Positions 19,223 through 28,448 are shown, counted from the stretch's first letter. The stretch is 64,000 nt of DNA from an uncultured Alphaproteobacteria bacterium (GCA_902602885.1 CACKSM010000002.1:9410-73409); one strand, 5' to 3'. Translations and numbers: made by a program. Notes: generated by a model from the sequence alone, not told the origin.

Positions 19223-19984
19223 TTAATATTTATTCTTAGAAATATTTTCCCAAGCTTCACCGGACTCTATCTCTTTTAGTGTCCACTGACCATAGGCTAA
19301 ACTATTAAATATATTGTAATCAATTATTGGGTTTTCAATATCTTTTATTTTGCTTATGTTTTCAAGTGAAACATCAGTAAAATATGAAGGAATACCGTTT
19401 AACATTGCCATAAAACCCGCTGTGGATTGTAAACTAACAAAAGCCCATGCATTTTTTAATAAAATCTTTAAGGGGTCTTTAGAAAATTTATTATGCATGA
19501 TAATTTTTCTATCCGTATATCTTTTTAGAAGTTTTGTTGTGTCTTCTGCCCAATTGGGAACATTATAAACTTTTTTCATTGCATCTGAAGGTTCAGATAA
19601 AATGATATAACTGCCATTTTTCTTTTGTTCAAGTATTTCAAGTTTAAGCTTTTTTAATCTATCATCAGGGTAGTTACCAGCTCCATTGTGAATAAGATTA
19701 TTGTAAACTATTCTGAAATATCCATCTAAGTTAATTACATTAGTACGATTATTTTCAAAAGATCTTTTAGACTGATTGAAATAACCATGATCCATATAAT
19801 AATAATTTTTAGATTTCCTAATAATTTCAAGAGTTCCTCTAAGGACGCCATATGTGGCAATTGTTTTATTAAAATCTCTAAAATTATTTACATGGCATAA
19901 AAGTGAATCTGATCCCTTCGCAAAATTGTAGCATAAAGTTTTGTTAATTATGTGATCAGTATAGACAACAATAGGTTTTTCCAT
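19223..19984 (-). CDS. Hypothetical protein (possible GT-B-like/capsule-synthesis-like transferase)
   Basis: 253 aa clean ORF. The only cue is a C-terminal SLQSTAGFMAMLNGIP segment, reminiscent of GT-B C-terminal donor-binding helices. No firm family. Confidence 0.3.
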   Translation of the reverse strand: MEKPIVVYTDHIINKTLCYNFAKGSDSLLCHVNNFRDFNKTIATYGVLRGTLEIIRKSKNYYYMDHGYFNQSKRSFENNRTNVINLDGYFRIVYNNLIHNGAGNYPDDRLKKLKLEILEQKKNGSYIILSEPSDAMKKVYNVPNWAEDTTKLLKRYTDRKIIMHNKFSKDPLKILLKNAWAFVSLQSTAGFMAMLNGIPSYFTDVSLENISKIKDIENPIIDYNIFNSLAYGQWTLKEIESGEAWENISKNKY

Positions 19985-20172
19985 TGAATTAATTATTCTA
20001 ATACAAGTTATAATAATAAATTTGTAACTTTTGAAGATCCTTCTATTATATTATTTTAAATTAAAATAAATTTAAGGTAAATACTGAGTTAAAAGATATT
20101 AAATTGAACTTTTTTATATTTATTGATTGCATTTATATCTATAATTAATTTAATTTATTGTAATAAACGATT

Positions 20173-20748
20173 ATGAATGGTTTTTCTAAATACTATTATG
20201 AAGTTATAAAAAAATATAAAGTCTTTCATGAAAATGGAATTAAAAATCAACCAGGGTTTAGTACTTTTTTGGGCTATTCTCTAACAAAATGGATATTAAA
20301 GATACAAGAAATAATCAAAACAAATAATTGTAATTCATTGTTAGATTTTGGGTGTGGTAAAGCTTTTTTATATAAAAACAAATTTAAGATTGGAGATAAA
20401 GAATTCACAAATTTATCAGATTTTTGGAATTTAAAAAATATATATTTGTATGATCCTGGGCTGGAAGAGTACTCAGATTATCCAAAAGGAAAGTATGATG
20501 GTATAATTTGTACTGATGTAGTTGAACACATTCCTGAAGATGATGTACTAAATTTTATTGATGAGCTATTTAAATTATCAAACAAATTTATTTTTGTGGT
20601 TATAGCAACAATGCCAGCTTCTAAATATTTTGATGATGGTAAAAATATACACCTTGCTTTAAAAGATCAAGAAGAGTGGAAAAAAATTTTTTTAGAATTT
20701 AAAAAGAAATACCCAGATATTAATCAGTATATATATTTTAATGAATAA
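20173..20748 (+). CDS. Class I SAM-dependent methyltransferase
   Basis: 191 aa. LLDFGCGKAF (motif I) and YDGIICTDVVEHIPEDDV (motif II/post-II). Confidence 0.8.
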   Translation: MNGFSKYYYEVIKKYKVFHENGIKNQPGFSTFLGYSLTKWILKIQEIIKTNNCNSLLDFGCGKAFLYKNKFKIGDKEFTNLSDFWNLKNIYLYDPGLEEYSDYPKGKYDGIICTDVVEHIPEDDVLNFIDELFKLSNKFIFVVIATMPASKYFDDGKNIHLALKDQEEWKKIFLEFKKKYPDINQYIYFNE

Positions 20749-20891
20749 GAAAATGTATGTCTATGCTGTTTCAAAAAATAAGTTTTGTGAGTTTTCTCCA
20801 TCTTTTAAATTAACTAATTTTTCTTCACCGTAATAGTATGTTTAGTTTTATTAAAATTTATTATTTAAATTTCTTTTAATGAAGGTCTAAA

Positions 20892-22649
20892 ATGTGTGGA
20901 ATATTTGGAGTAACCGAAAAAAATCCAGGATTAGTTCGTAATATAATGGACAACTGTACTCATAGAGGGCCTGATGGTAATTCTATTTGGTCAAATGAAA
21001 ATTTAACCCTGGGTCATAATCTTTTAGCAATAACATCTAAACCAAATGACGGTGCACAACCGCATATAACTGAAAAAGGAAATGTTCTTACGTATAATGG
21101 TGAAATATTCAATTATGACTTTCTATTAAAAAAATTTCAGAATAAATTCTATCCCAAGACTAGTTGCGATACCGAATTGCTTGGATGGCTATTAGACAAT
21201 TTTAGCTATGAAGAGGTTATATGTAATTTGATAGACTCAATGCATGCTTTTGTTTTTTATAATAAAAAAAACAACGAAATAATAGTATCGCGAGATCATG
21301 CTGGGATAAAACCATTATATTTTTCTGAAATAAAAAATGGAATAGTTTTTTCGTCAGAAATTAAAGGATTAATTGATAACGTGCCTAATTCTAGAAAGAT
21401 TGACAGACTTGGTTTAGCTTGTACATGCCTTCTAGGGGTAAACGTTCTTAGACAAACACTATTCAATGGGATATACAAAATTTTACCTGGAGAAACAATT
21501 ATCTACGACCTTAGTAGTAAAAAAATAAAATCAAGTTTTAGAAATCTTGTAAAACCAAATTCAAACAATAATTTTATCCGTGAAGAATTTTATGAGAAAT
21601 TAACATTAGCAGTTAATAACTCAGCTATAGGTATAAGAGATTTTGGTATGTTTTTATCTGGGGGACTTGACTCATCAATAATTGCTCAATGTTTAAAAAG
21701 AAAGCTAGGCTCTCTTAATACATTTACAACAGTAGTTGAGCCAAATATAATAAATAAAGAAGATTATAATAGCGATGCTAAAGTGGCAGAAAAATTTGCT
21801 AACGAAATAAATCTAAATCACACAGAAGTAAAAATTACTCCAAAAACATTTCTAGAAAACTGGAACAAGTCTATAAAATATATAGAGGAACCAAGATATA
21901 GTTGGAACTTACCAATGTATTATTTAACTAATAAAATTTTATCTAAACATAAAACTGTAGTAACTTTTGCAGGTGATATAGGGGATGAAATATTTGGCGG
22001 ATATAGTAAATATTTAAAAATGCATAATTTAATTGAAAAGCCCAAAAACTGGAGTGATTTTATTAAAATGTGGATGAGAAAGTTTAGCGCCCCAATTTTA
22101 CTTAACATGAAGTTTGATTTTGAAGACTTACACTCAGTTTTATTAAAAGCATTACCGGAAGAAATATGGAATCCAGATGACTTAGCTAATTCTGCAATGG
22201 CTCTTGATTGTATAACAACAGTTTCAGAGGATTTTTTTACAAGAAACGATAAGTATGGAATGATATTTTCAATGGAAGGAAGATTTCCTTTTTCTTCAAA
22301 AGATTTTATGCAGTATTGTATGAACATAAAGTCATCTTTCAAATTTGGATTAGAAAAAAATCAAACAAAATTTATAATAAAAAATTCTTTCAAAAATAGA
22401 TTGCCAAAATATATGATTGATAAAGTTAAGACTGGTTGGTCAGCACCAATAATGAGTTGGTTGAATAGCGATAACTTATTAAGAAATAAATTTAATGCTG
22501 ATATTGGTAGAGATGATGGAATTAAGAATGTTTTATCTCAGAATAATTTTTTTGATAATCCAAATTTAGGTGAAGATATTTCTGGAAAAAGGAAGGTTAT
22601 TTCCTGGATGTTACGGTCGTGGGCTCAAGAATTCGATATGTTTTTATAA
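20892..22649 (+). CDS. Asparagine synthase (glutamine-hydrolysing) family amidotransferase, AsnB/WbpS-like
   Basis: 585 aa. MCGIFG gives the N-terminal nucleophile Cys2. The glutaminase domain is followed by a FLSGGLDSS PP-loop. Confidence 0.88.
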   Translation: MCGIFGVTEKNPGLVRNIMDNCTHRGPDGNSIWSNENLTLGHNLLAITSKPNDGAQPHITEKGNVLTYNGEIFNYDFLLKKFQNKFYPKTSCDTELLGWLLDNFSYEEVICNLIDSMHAFVFYNKKNNEIIVSRDHAGIKPLYFSEIKNGIVFSSEIKGLIDNVPNSRKIDRLGLACTCLLGVNVLRQTLFNGIYKILPGETIIYDLSSKKIKSSFRNLVKPNSNNNFIREEFYEKLTLAVNNSAIGIRDFGMFLSGGLDSSIIAQCLKRKLGSLNTFTTVVEPNIINKEDYNSDAKVAEKFANEINLNHTEVKITPKTFLENWNKSIKYIEEPRYSWNLPMYYLTNKILSKHKTVVTFAGDIGDEIFGGYSKYLKMHNLIEKPKNWSDFIKMWMRKFSAPILLNMKFDFEDLHSVLLKALPEEIWNPDDLANSAMALDCITTVSEDFFTRNDKYGMIFSMEGRFPFSSKDFMQYCMNIKSSFKFGLEKNQTKFIIKNSFKNRLPKYMIDKVKTGWSAPIMSWLNSDNLLRNKFNADIGRDDGIKNVLSQNNFFDNPNLGEDISGKRKVISWMLRSWAQEFDMFL

Positions 22650-22680
22650 AATTATTTTACAAATTAACTTATTTATTCTC

Positions 22681-22755
22681 TATGAAGAAAAATATTTTTT
22701 AGAATTTAAATCTAAATATCCTCAAATTAATCAATATTTTTATTTTAATAGTTAA
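22681..22755 (+). pseudogene. Orphan 3'-end fragment of a methyltransferase gene (homologous to 20671-20748)
   Basis: It translates to YEEKYFLEFKSKYPQINQYFYFNS*, compared with EEWKKIFLEFKKKYPDINQYIYFNE* at the end of the 20173-20748 gene. There is no upstream methyltransferase body; the ORF-track 22570-22755 ORF merely reads through the asnB-like tail. Confidence 0.7.
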
Positions 22756-22823
22756 TTGTCTACGTATTTGATTGGTCTTTTGTTATAGAAACTATATTAA
22801 CTTACATTTATTCATATTTAATA

Positions 22824-23828
22824 TTAAATAAGTTTTTTCTTCCATGTCTCTGGCGTTAGCTCATTATTAATCTCTAATCTTATTTTATAATCAAATTTTT
22901 TAGGCCCTCTAGATTTTATATATTCAGATGTTTTTTTAATAGAATCTTTCAATGTAAATCTGGTCTTATAATCTAATAAACTTCTCGCTTTATCAGAGCT
23001 ACACAAAGCATATTTAACCTCCTGAGGTCTTTGAGAAGTAAAAATTGGATCTTTATTGTGACCAATTTCATTTGCACATAATTCTGCAACTTCTTTGATT
23101 GTAACAGTTTCTTCATCTGGTCCTATGTTTATTATTTGTTTTGAAGTTGCCTCATGAGTTATACATTTTTCCATACAATCAATACAATCATCTACATATG
23201 AAAAACATCTTTTTTGATTGCCATCACCATAAATGTATATTTCTTCATTTTGCATCATTTTATTTAAAAAAATTGAAATAACATTCCTGTAAGGATCATC
23301 GTATTTTTGTCTTGGCCCTACGATATTGTGTGGAATTAATATTGTCCAATCAACATTATGGGTATCACACAAGTTTTTTACTGTATCTTCAGCTGCAGCC
23401 TTTGCTATTCCGTATGGATCCTCTGGTTTAGGTGACATAGTTTCTACAAATGGATGTTCTTGATTTCCATATCTTGCCATTGATGAACAAAATATAAATT
23501 TTCTTATTTTTTTTCTTATTGATGCTGTTACTGTAGACACCGTAGCATCGTAAATATTTTTTGTTACAAAATGTGGTGAAAAAACAGATAAACCTTCATA
23601 AGCAGTAGCGGCACAATGAAATACAACATCAGTATCTTCTGGTATTATTTCTGTCATTTTATCAAGATCACAACAATCGCTTTCAAAAAAATTAAATCTT
23701 TTATCTATATTATCCAAATTTCCACCAATTAAATTATCATTTCCAAATATTTCATGTCCATTGTTGGCTAAACGAATACCAAGATTTGATCCTAAAAAAC
23801 CAGCTAACCCTGTTATAAAAATTTTCAT
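22824..23828 (-). CDS. NAD-dependent sugar epimerase/dehydratase (extended SDR)
   Basis: 334 aa. ITGLAGFLGSNL Rossmann motif, SS...YG, and YGIAKAAAE (YxxxK). Confidence 0.88.
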   Translation of the reverse strand: MKIFITGLAGFLGSNLGIRLANNGHEIFGNDNLIGGNLDNIDKRFNFFESDCCDLDKMTEIIPEDTDVVFHCAATAYEGLSVFSPHFVTKNIYDATVSTVTASIRKKIRKFIFCSSMARYGNQEHPFVETMSPKPEDPYGIAKAAAEDTVKNLCDTHNVDWTILIPHNIVGPRQKYDDPYRNVISIFLNKMMQNEEIYIYGDGNQKRCFSYVDDCIDCMEKCITHEATSKQIINIGPDEETVTIKEVAELCANEIGHNKDPIFTSQRPQEVKYALCSSDKARSLLDYKTRFTLKDSIKKTSEYIKSRGPKKFDYKIRLEINNELTPETWKKKLI

Positions 23829-24517
23829 TTACTGTCTTGAGATATATTTTCTTTTAATATTTCCATATCTTTAGAGAAATATCTTTTTGAAACGTTTTCG
23901 TAAATATATTTATCATAATTAATCCAATTTCTAGATCTTTTACCTGTTGCGTCATCAAAAAAATCTTTTTTTAAATGTTTAAATACTACATTTTTAATTT
24001 CAATATAACGACCAATATTTATTGCTAGTTCTTGTGTATATTTGTCAAGATATCGATGCATAAAAAAAGGAGGAACAAAATAACCTAATAATTCTATCCA
24101 TTTTTTGTGAACTGTTGGATGTGGACAACGCATATACTTACCATGTGACTTTTCATTATTTCGACCATCATCAACTGTTATTACAAATACATTATCTTTG
24201 TACTTTGTTGCCTCATTTTCTATTATTTCATCCCAACTATTCGTAAGTATTTCGACGTCATCACCAATAAGAGTTAAAAGATTCCCAGACGCATTGATAG
24301 CCATTTGATTCCAAAGATAGCTTGTGGGCATTGTTTCAGTAAGATAATATTTTATATAATTTTCTCGAAATATACTTACATATTCTTGACACGATGGGTC
24401 ATCTTCTTGAATACAATAAATTAGCTCATTTTTATTTGATTGAGTGCCTATAAAAGACTTATACAAATTAAGTGCCTGTTTAGGTCTGCCTCTGGTTGGA
24501 CATAAAAGAGATATCAT
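23825..24517 (-). CDS. Hypothetical protein, putative GT-A-like glycosyltransferase
   Basis: 230 aa. N-terminal LLCPTRGRP and LIGDDV (a possible DxD) resemble small GT-A-fold transferases. It overlaps the epimerase gene by 4 nt. Confidence 0.4.
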   Translation of the reverse strand: MISLLCPTRGRPKQALNLYKSFIGTQSNKNELIYCIQEDDPSCQEYVSIFRENYIKYYLTETMPTSYLWNQMAINASGNLLTLIGDDVEILTNSWDEIIENEATKYKDNVFVITVDDGRNNEKSHGKYMRCPHPTVHKKWIELLGYFVPPFFMHRYLDKYTQELAINIGRYIEIKNVVFKHLKKDFFDDATGKRSRNWINYDKYIYENVSKRYFSKDMEILKENISQDSK

Positions 24518-24614
24518 ATTCTTTAATCTAAACTATTCTTCTTTTTTTTTAATATATTTTTATCATCATAAGTTTTTAAAAATTTAACATACAAAAGAGA
24601 GGTTTATAGGATTT

Positions 24615-24665
24615 TGGAGCGGGCGAAGGGATTTGAACACTCGACTTGAACCTTGGCAAGGCTGC
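24615..24665 (-). pseudogene. Degenerate 3' fragment of tRNA-Gly(GCC) (att-like remnant)
   Basis: By hand alignment, 47 of 51 nt are identical to 28374-28424 of the intact tRNA gene, in the same orientation. The match covers the CCA end, acceptor 3' strand, T arm, variable loop and anticodon stem-loop. The D arm and 5' acceptor strand are absent and the T stem is disrupted. Confidence 0.8.
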
Positions 24666-24957
24666 CATTTACAATTGAGATCAGCCTTTTCCTAAGTAAA
24701 CTATAACTTATTTTATCCCATAATGAAATATGGACTGTATAGTAGGTGTAGCGTAAAATTGAAAAAAAATAAAAAGATTCTTATTTAATTCCTCATAATT
24801 TTCCAAATGTGCTATAAATTTATAAGATAGAAAAGTTAAGTATTAAATATTTACTATCTGGATTTGATGTTGTGAGAAAAGACCTTTTAACATATTATTA
24901 ATAAAGCGGAATAGAGACTGCTTCGATTAATTTACAATTAATACTGAGATAATTACG

Positions 24958-25674
24958 TTGATCAATTTTATTTTTTTTTACGTGGATACTAAAAAGAGCT
25001 GTTTATCTGAAAGACACAGGGGTATTGAGCGCGAAAACATTGATCTATTTATTAAATCTATAAGAAAATATCATATTGAATCAACAATTATTCACTGTAC
25101 TGATATATTTACTGAAACTTTTAAAGATGTTGATATAGTTCATAGAGATAAGTTTGATTTAAATCATATAATGTTTGGTAGAGTAAAATGTTTTTCTAGT
25201 TTTACAATTAATAAAACTTCAATTTATTTAGATCCCGATATGCTTGTAATGAAAACAATCCCCGTAAAATCATTTGAAGAAAAAGCAGAAGTTTTCTTAT
25301 TAAAGAGAAGTTTTGATTTATCAAATAAAATGCCAACTACTTTTAGAAAACTAAAATTTCCAAATCACAAAAACAAAAATTTGGAAAATATCTATCCATT
25401 TATTGGTTGTTTTGTAATCCTGAAGAAACAAAATTTCTGGTTAGACTGTCTGAAATATTATGAAAATCTTAATGAAAATTATAAAAATTGGTTTGGTGAC
25501 CAAGAAGTATTTAAAAGGTTAGTAGAGGAAAACAACTATAAATTTGCTTATTTAGAAGAAAAAAACTTTGCATGCCCCCCACAACATCTTAGTGGGAAAG
25601 ATAGACCTTTCATAATTCATTTTAAAGGTAAGTATAATAAAGAATTAATAAAAAAATATTATGAATTTGTTTAA
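24958..25674 (+). CDS. Putative GT8-like (GT-A fold) glycosyltransferase
   Basis: 238 aa. IYLDPDMLV (DxD), GDQEVFKRL and FIIHFKG are arranged as in GT8-like nucleotide-sugar transferases. The start is uncertain (TTG 24958 or GTG 24982). Confidence 0.5.
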   Translation: MINFIFFYVDTKKSCLSERHRGIERENIDLFIKSIRKYHIESTIIHCTDIFTETFKDVDIVHRDKFDLNHIMFGRVKCFSSFTINKTSIYLDPDMLVMKTIPVKSFEEKAEVFLLKRSFDLSNKMPTTFRKLKFPNHKNKNLENIYPFIGCFVILKKQNFWLDCLKYYENLNENYKNWFGDQEVFKRLVEENNYKFAYLEEKNFACPPQHLSGKDRPFIIHFKGKYNKELIKKYYEFV

Positions 25675-25725
25675 ATAAATAAAATATTAATTTAATTTAT
25701 ATTTAAAATTAGAAGTTAATAAGTT

Positions 25726-26436
25726 TTATTGATTTGAGAAACCAATTAAATTAGACGGTATTAGAACTGCACTGTGACTTTTTTCTAATAATGAAAATTT
25801 TAACTTAGTTTCAGTTTGAATAGGGTAGGATAATAAATAAAAGTTATTTAAACTCATTTCGGATTTTAAAAAATTTATGTAATTTATTACACCTTTTTCT
25901 TTGCCTTCAAAATCATCTAGAATAAAAATTGTATTTTTATTAATGTTTTTTTTTATTATCTCAAAATCTTCTAGTCCCAACCTTCCATCAATGTGAATTA
26001 AATCAAATGAAAAATTTCCATCTAGTTTTTTTAACATTTCCAAACTATTTATTTTATTAAACTGTTTAATTTTTGTTTTTGCTAATTTTGGCAAAACTAT
26101 ATTATTTGACATATCACAACAGTAAATTTCAGAAATATCCTCATCAGCATAATTATCAGCCCCTAAAGCCATGCTTATAGTAGATTTTCCTATAAATGAA
26201 CCAATCTCTATAATTTTTTTTGGTTTGAAATAAATTACCAAAGAGTACAATAACCATGAGGTTGTAGAGGATATAGATCCAGTGTTATAATCACTTTGAG
26301 CTCTTAAATTTTCCAAGCTATCTATTTTTGAAAAAAAATCTTTTTTATAAATTTCAGATTTTATAGCAGAATTCTCTAAAACTTTATTCCATAAAATGTA
26401 ACTTAAATCAGTTGGGTTAATACTTATTTTTTTCAT
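25726..26436 (-). CDS. Class I SAM-dependent methyltransferase (O-methyltransferase-like)
   Basis: 236 aa. IIEIGSFIGKST (motif I), IHIDG and FILDDF. Confidence 0.7.
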   Translation of the reverse strand: MKKISINPTDLSYILWNKVLENSAIKSEIYKKDFFSKIDSLENLRAQSDYNTGSISSTTSWLLYSLVIYFKPKKIIEIGSFIGKSTISMALGADNYADEDISEIYCCDMSNNIVLPKLAKTKIKQFNKINSLEMLKKLDGNFSFDLIHIDGRLGLEDFEIIKKNINKNTIFILDDFEGKEKGVINYINFLKSEMSLNNFYLLSYPIQTETKLKFSLLEKSHSAVLIPSNLIGFSNQ

Positions 26437-26521
26437 TATAATAATTTAATATTATTAACTAATTAAAACAAAATATATATAATTTAATTTATAGAAATAT
26501 ATAAAATATTAAAACATTTTT

Positions 26522-27535
26522 ATGACATTGAATGTTAGCAATTTAACACAAAAATCTTTTTCGGTTATTACTCCTTATATTGTACCTAGAAACTTAAATA
26601 AAAAAGTTAATGCAGGAGATGGTTTTATTTTTGATTCTTCAATAAAGCTAATTGGCTATAATCCAAAATATACTTTTTCTTCAAGAGAAATATTAAATCA
26701 AGAAAGTATAGATTTAATCAATTCAACAAATATGTTAGTTGTTACTGGTGCGAATATAATAAAAGATAAATTTGAGATCGCAACTGGTTTTAATCTAGAT
26801 ATATTAAATAAGGTTAAGGTTCCTATTGCCTTAATGGGTATAGGTCATTATGGAAATATAGAGGCAACTAAGAATGGATTAGATGAATCATCAAAAATAC
26901 TTATGACTGAGTTTATAAATAGATTTCCTTTGATCTCGGTAAGATGTAATGGGTCTTATGATTACATGATAAATTCTCTAAATCATTATAGTAACAATAT
27001 TTTAAATACTTCTTGCCCAGTAATATTTAACGTTGATCAAATTGATAAAAATTTTGAAAAAAAATCTTTGTATAAAAAACTTATTGTAACTTTAACAGAC
27101 AGAGCATTTTTAAAAGATCAATTGCCTTTATTAAAATTTGCACCAATTATATTTAAAAGTAAAATAAAAGTTTTAGCCTTACACCAAGATTATAATAATG
27201 TTGAATTGCAAAACTTTGCTAAACAGCTTGGTTATGAGATTTTTATATCAGATCAATATCAAGATTATATTGATTTATATAAGGAATCAGACATTCATAT
27301 TGGAAACAGAGTGCATGGTCACTTAAAGTGTTTGTCTATGGGGATACCTTCTTTTTGTACGCCTTTTGATATGAGACAAAAGTTTTTTTCTATCTCAATT
27401 GGCTTGCCTTTGGTAAATAAAACCAATGACCCATCATTAAAAGATTTTAATTTTAAAAATTTTAAAAATCACCAAAAAGAGCGATTTAAAACAATGAGAC
27501 GCTTTATATCAAAAATCTTAGAACAAATTACTTAA
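26522..27535 (+). CDS. Polysaccharide pyruvyl transferase-like protein
   Basis: 337 aa. N-terminal N.GDGFI, mid LVVTGANII, and C-terminal DIHIGNRVHGHL.CLSMGIPSF resemble the PS_pyruv_trans family (R.H. ... G.P). Confidence 0.5.
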   Translation: MTLNVSNLTQKSFSVITPYIVPRNLNKKVNAGDGFIFDSSIKLIGYNPKYTFSSREILNQESIDLINSTNMLVVTGANIIKDKFEIATGFNLDILNKVKVPIALMGIGHYGNIEATKNGLDESSKILMTEFINRFPLISVRCNGSYDYMINSLNHYSNNILNTSCPVIFNVDQIDKNFEKKSLYKKLIVTLTDRAFLKDQLPLLKFAPIIFKSKIKVLALHQDYNNVELQNFAKQLGYEIFISDQYQDYIDLYKESDIHIGNRVHGHLKCLSMGIPSFCTPFDMRQKFFSISIGLPLVNKTNDPSLKDFNFKNFKNHQKERFKTMRRFISKILEQIT

Positions 27536-27777
27536 ATAAATTTTTGTATAATTTAAATTTTGTTTTTTTCTAATTTTGAATGATTATTAATATTTTGTTA
27601 ATTTTAATAATTCAACAAACTGTATTTCTTTTTAAAAACCTCAGTTTAACATATGTTTTTTTAGAAATTTAATTATAAGATTAAGTTAGAAATTAACAAT
27701 GAGTTAGCTTCTGAAACATAGAAGAAAAAACTTATTTAATTGTAAATTAAAATAATGTAAGCAATGGAGAGATTAAC

Positions 27778-28317
27778 TTGGATGAACTATCAGAGATTTA
27801 CAAAAAATTTTCATCGCCAGAAGGATCAGGCGATAAAGGAACTGCACATAGTTATATAGAAAATTATTATAACTTCAGATTTAAAGATCTAAGATTAAAA
27901 AAATTAAATTTTCTTGAAATAGGTATTTCAACTGGATTATCCTTAGAAATGTGGAGTGAATATTTCCCAAATTCAAATATAATTGGGGTTGATATTGAAA
28001 AAATTGATTATACGCCATCCAATGAAAAAATTAAGGTAATAATTGGAGATGCTACGGACTCAATTACTTTCAAAACTTTAGAAGACATAGATATTATTAT
28101 AGATGATGGATCACATATTTTTACTGATCAGATATTTTCATATGCAATTTTGTTCAGTAAACTAAAAAAAAATGGGGTTTATATATTTGAAGATGTAAGA
28201 AATATAGAAACTGTTGCTCCTTATTTCAAAAAATTAAATAACAATGTTAAAATTTTCGATTATAGAAAATTAAAAAATAGATCTGATGATGTCTTAATAG
28301 AAATTGTTAAAACTTAA
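27778..28317 (+). CDS. Class I SAM-dependent methyltransferase
   Basis: 179 aa. FLEIGISTGLSL (motif I), GVDI and IIIDDGSH. TTG start with GGAGAG 6 nt upstream. Confidence 0.7.
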   Translation: MDELSEIYKKFSSPEGSGDKGTAHSYIENYYNFRFKDLRLKKLNFLEIGISTGLSLEMWSEYFPNSNIIGVDIEKIDYTPSNEKIKVIIGDATDSITFKTLEDIDIIIDDGSHIFTDQIFSYAILFSKLKKNGVYIFEDVRNIETVAPYFKKLNNNVKIFDYRKLKNRSDDVLIEIVKT

Positions 28318-28373
28318 TGTTTATTAAATTATGGGTAATAACAATTTTAAAATAATTAATTTTCGGAAATTTT

Positions 28374-28448
28374 TGGAGCGGGCGAAGGGATTCGAACCCT
28401 CGACTTCAACCTTGGCAAGGTTGCGCTCTACCCCTGAGCTACGCCCGC
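28374..28448 (-). tRNA. tRNA-Gly (anticodon GCC)
   Basis: The reverse complement is gcgggcgtagctcaggggtagagcgcaaccttgccaaggttgaagtcgagggttcgaatcccttcgcccgctcca. It has a 7-bp acceptor stem, D arm gctc/gagc, anticodon loop ttGCCaa, T loop ttcgaat and an encoded CCA. Confidence 0.95.

Larger units (their letters stand above)
24615..28448. mobile_element. Decayed tRNA-Gly-associated integrated module (att-like repeats, no integrase)
   Basis: An intact tRNA-Gly lies at one end and a 51-nt same-orientation copy of its 3' part at the other. The interior holds 4 glycan-modification genes. Confidence 0.4.

Noticed and set aside
21920-22342. 140-aa ORF antisense to the asnB-like gene. The same applies to the long antisense ORFs 36228-36638 and 36708-37262 in ftsK, 48534-48926 and 49200-49584 in mnmG, 50655-50990 in mnmE, 53404-53694 in rho, and 17821-18378 in purH.
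   Set aside because: All lie fully within strongly supported genes on the opposite strand, lack start-site context and have no recognisable motifs. Long antisense ORFs are expected where the sense frame avoids the codons whose complements are stops.
22570-22755. 61-aa ORF from the track, considered as a real small gene
   Set aside because: Its first two-thirds is an out-of-frame read through the asnB-like 3' end. Only the last 24 codons are meaningful, as a methyltransferase-tail remnant, which is reported above as a pseudogene fragment.
24666-24957. The 290-bp spacer right of the tRNA remnant, examined for a decayed integrase or small ORF
   Set aside because: All frames are interrupted by frequent stops and no recognisable peptide emerges. 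If an integrase was ever here, it is no longer detectable by eye.
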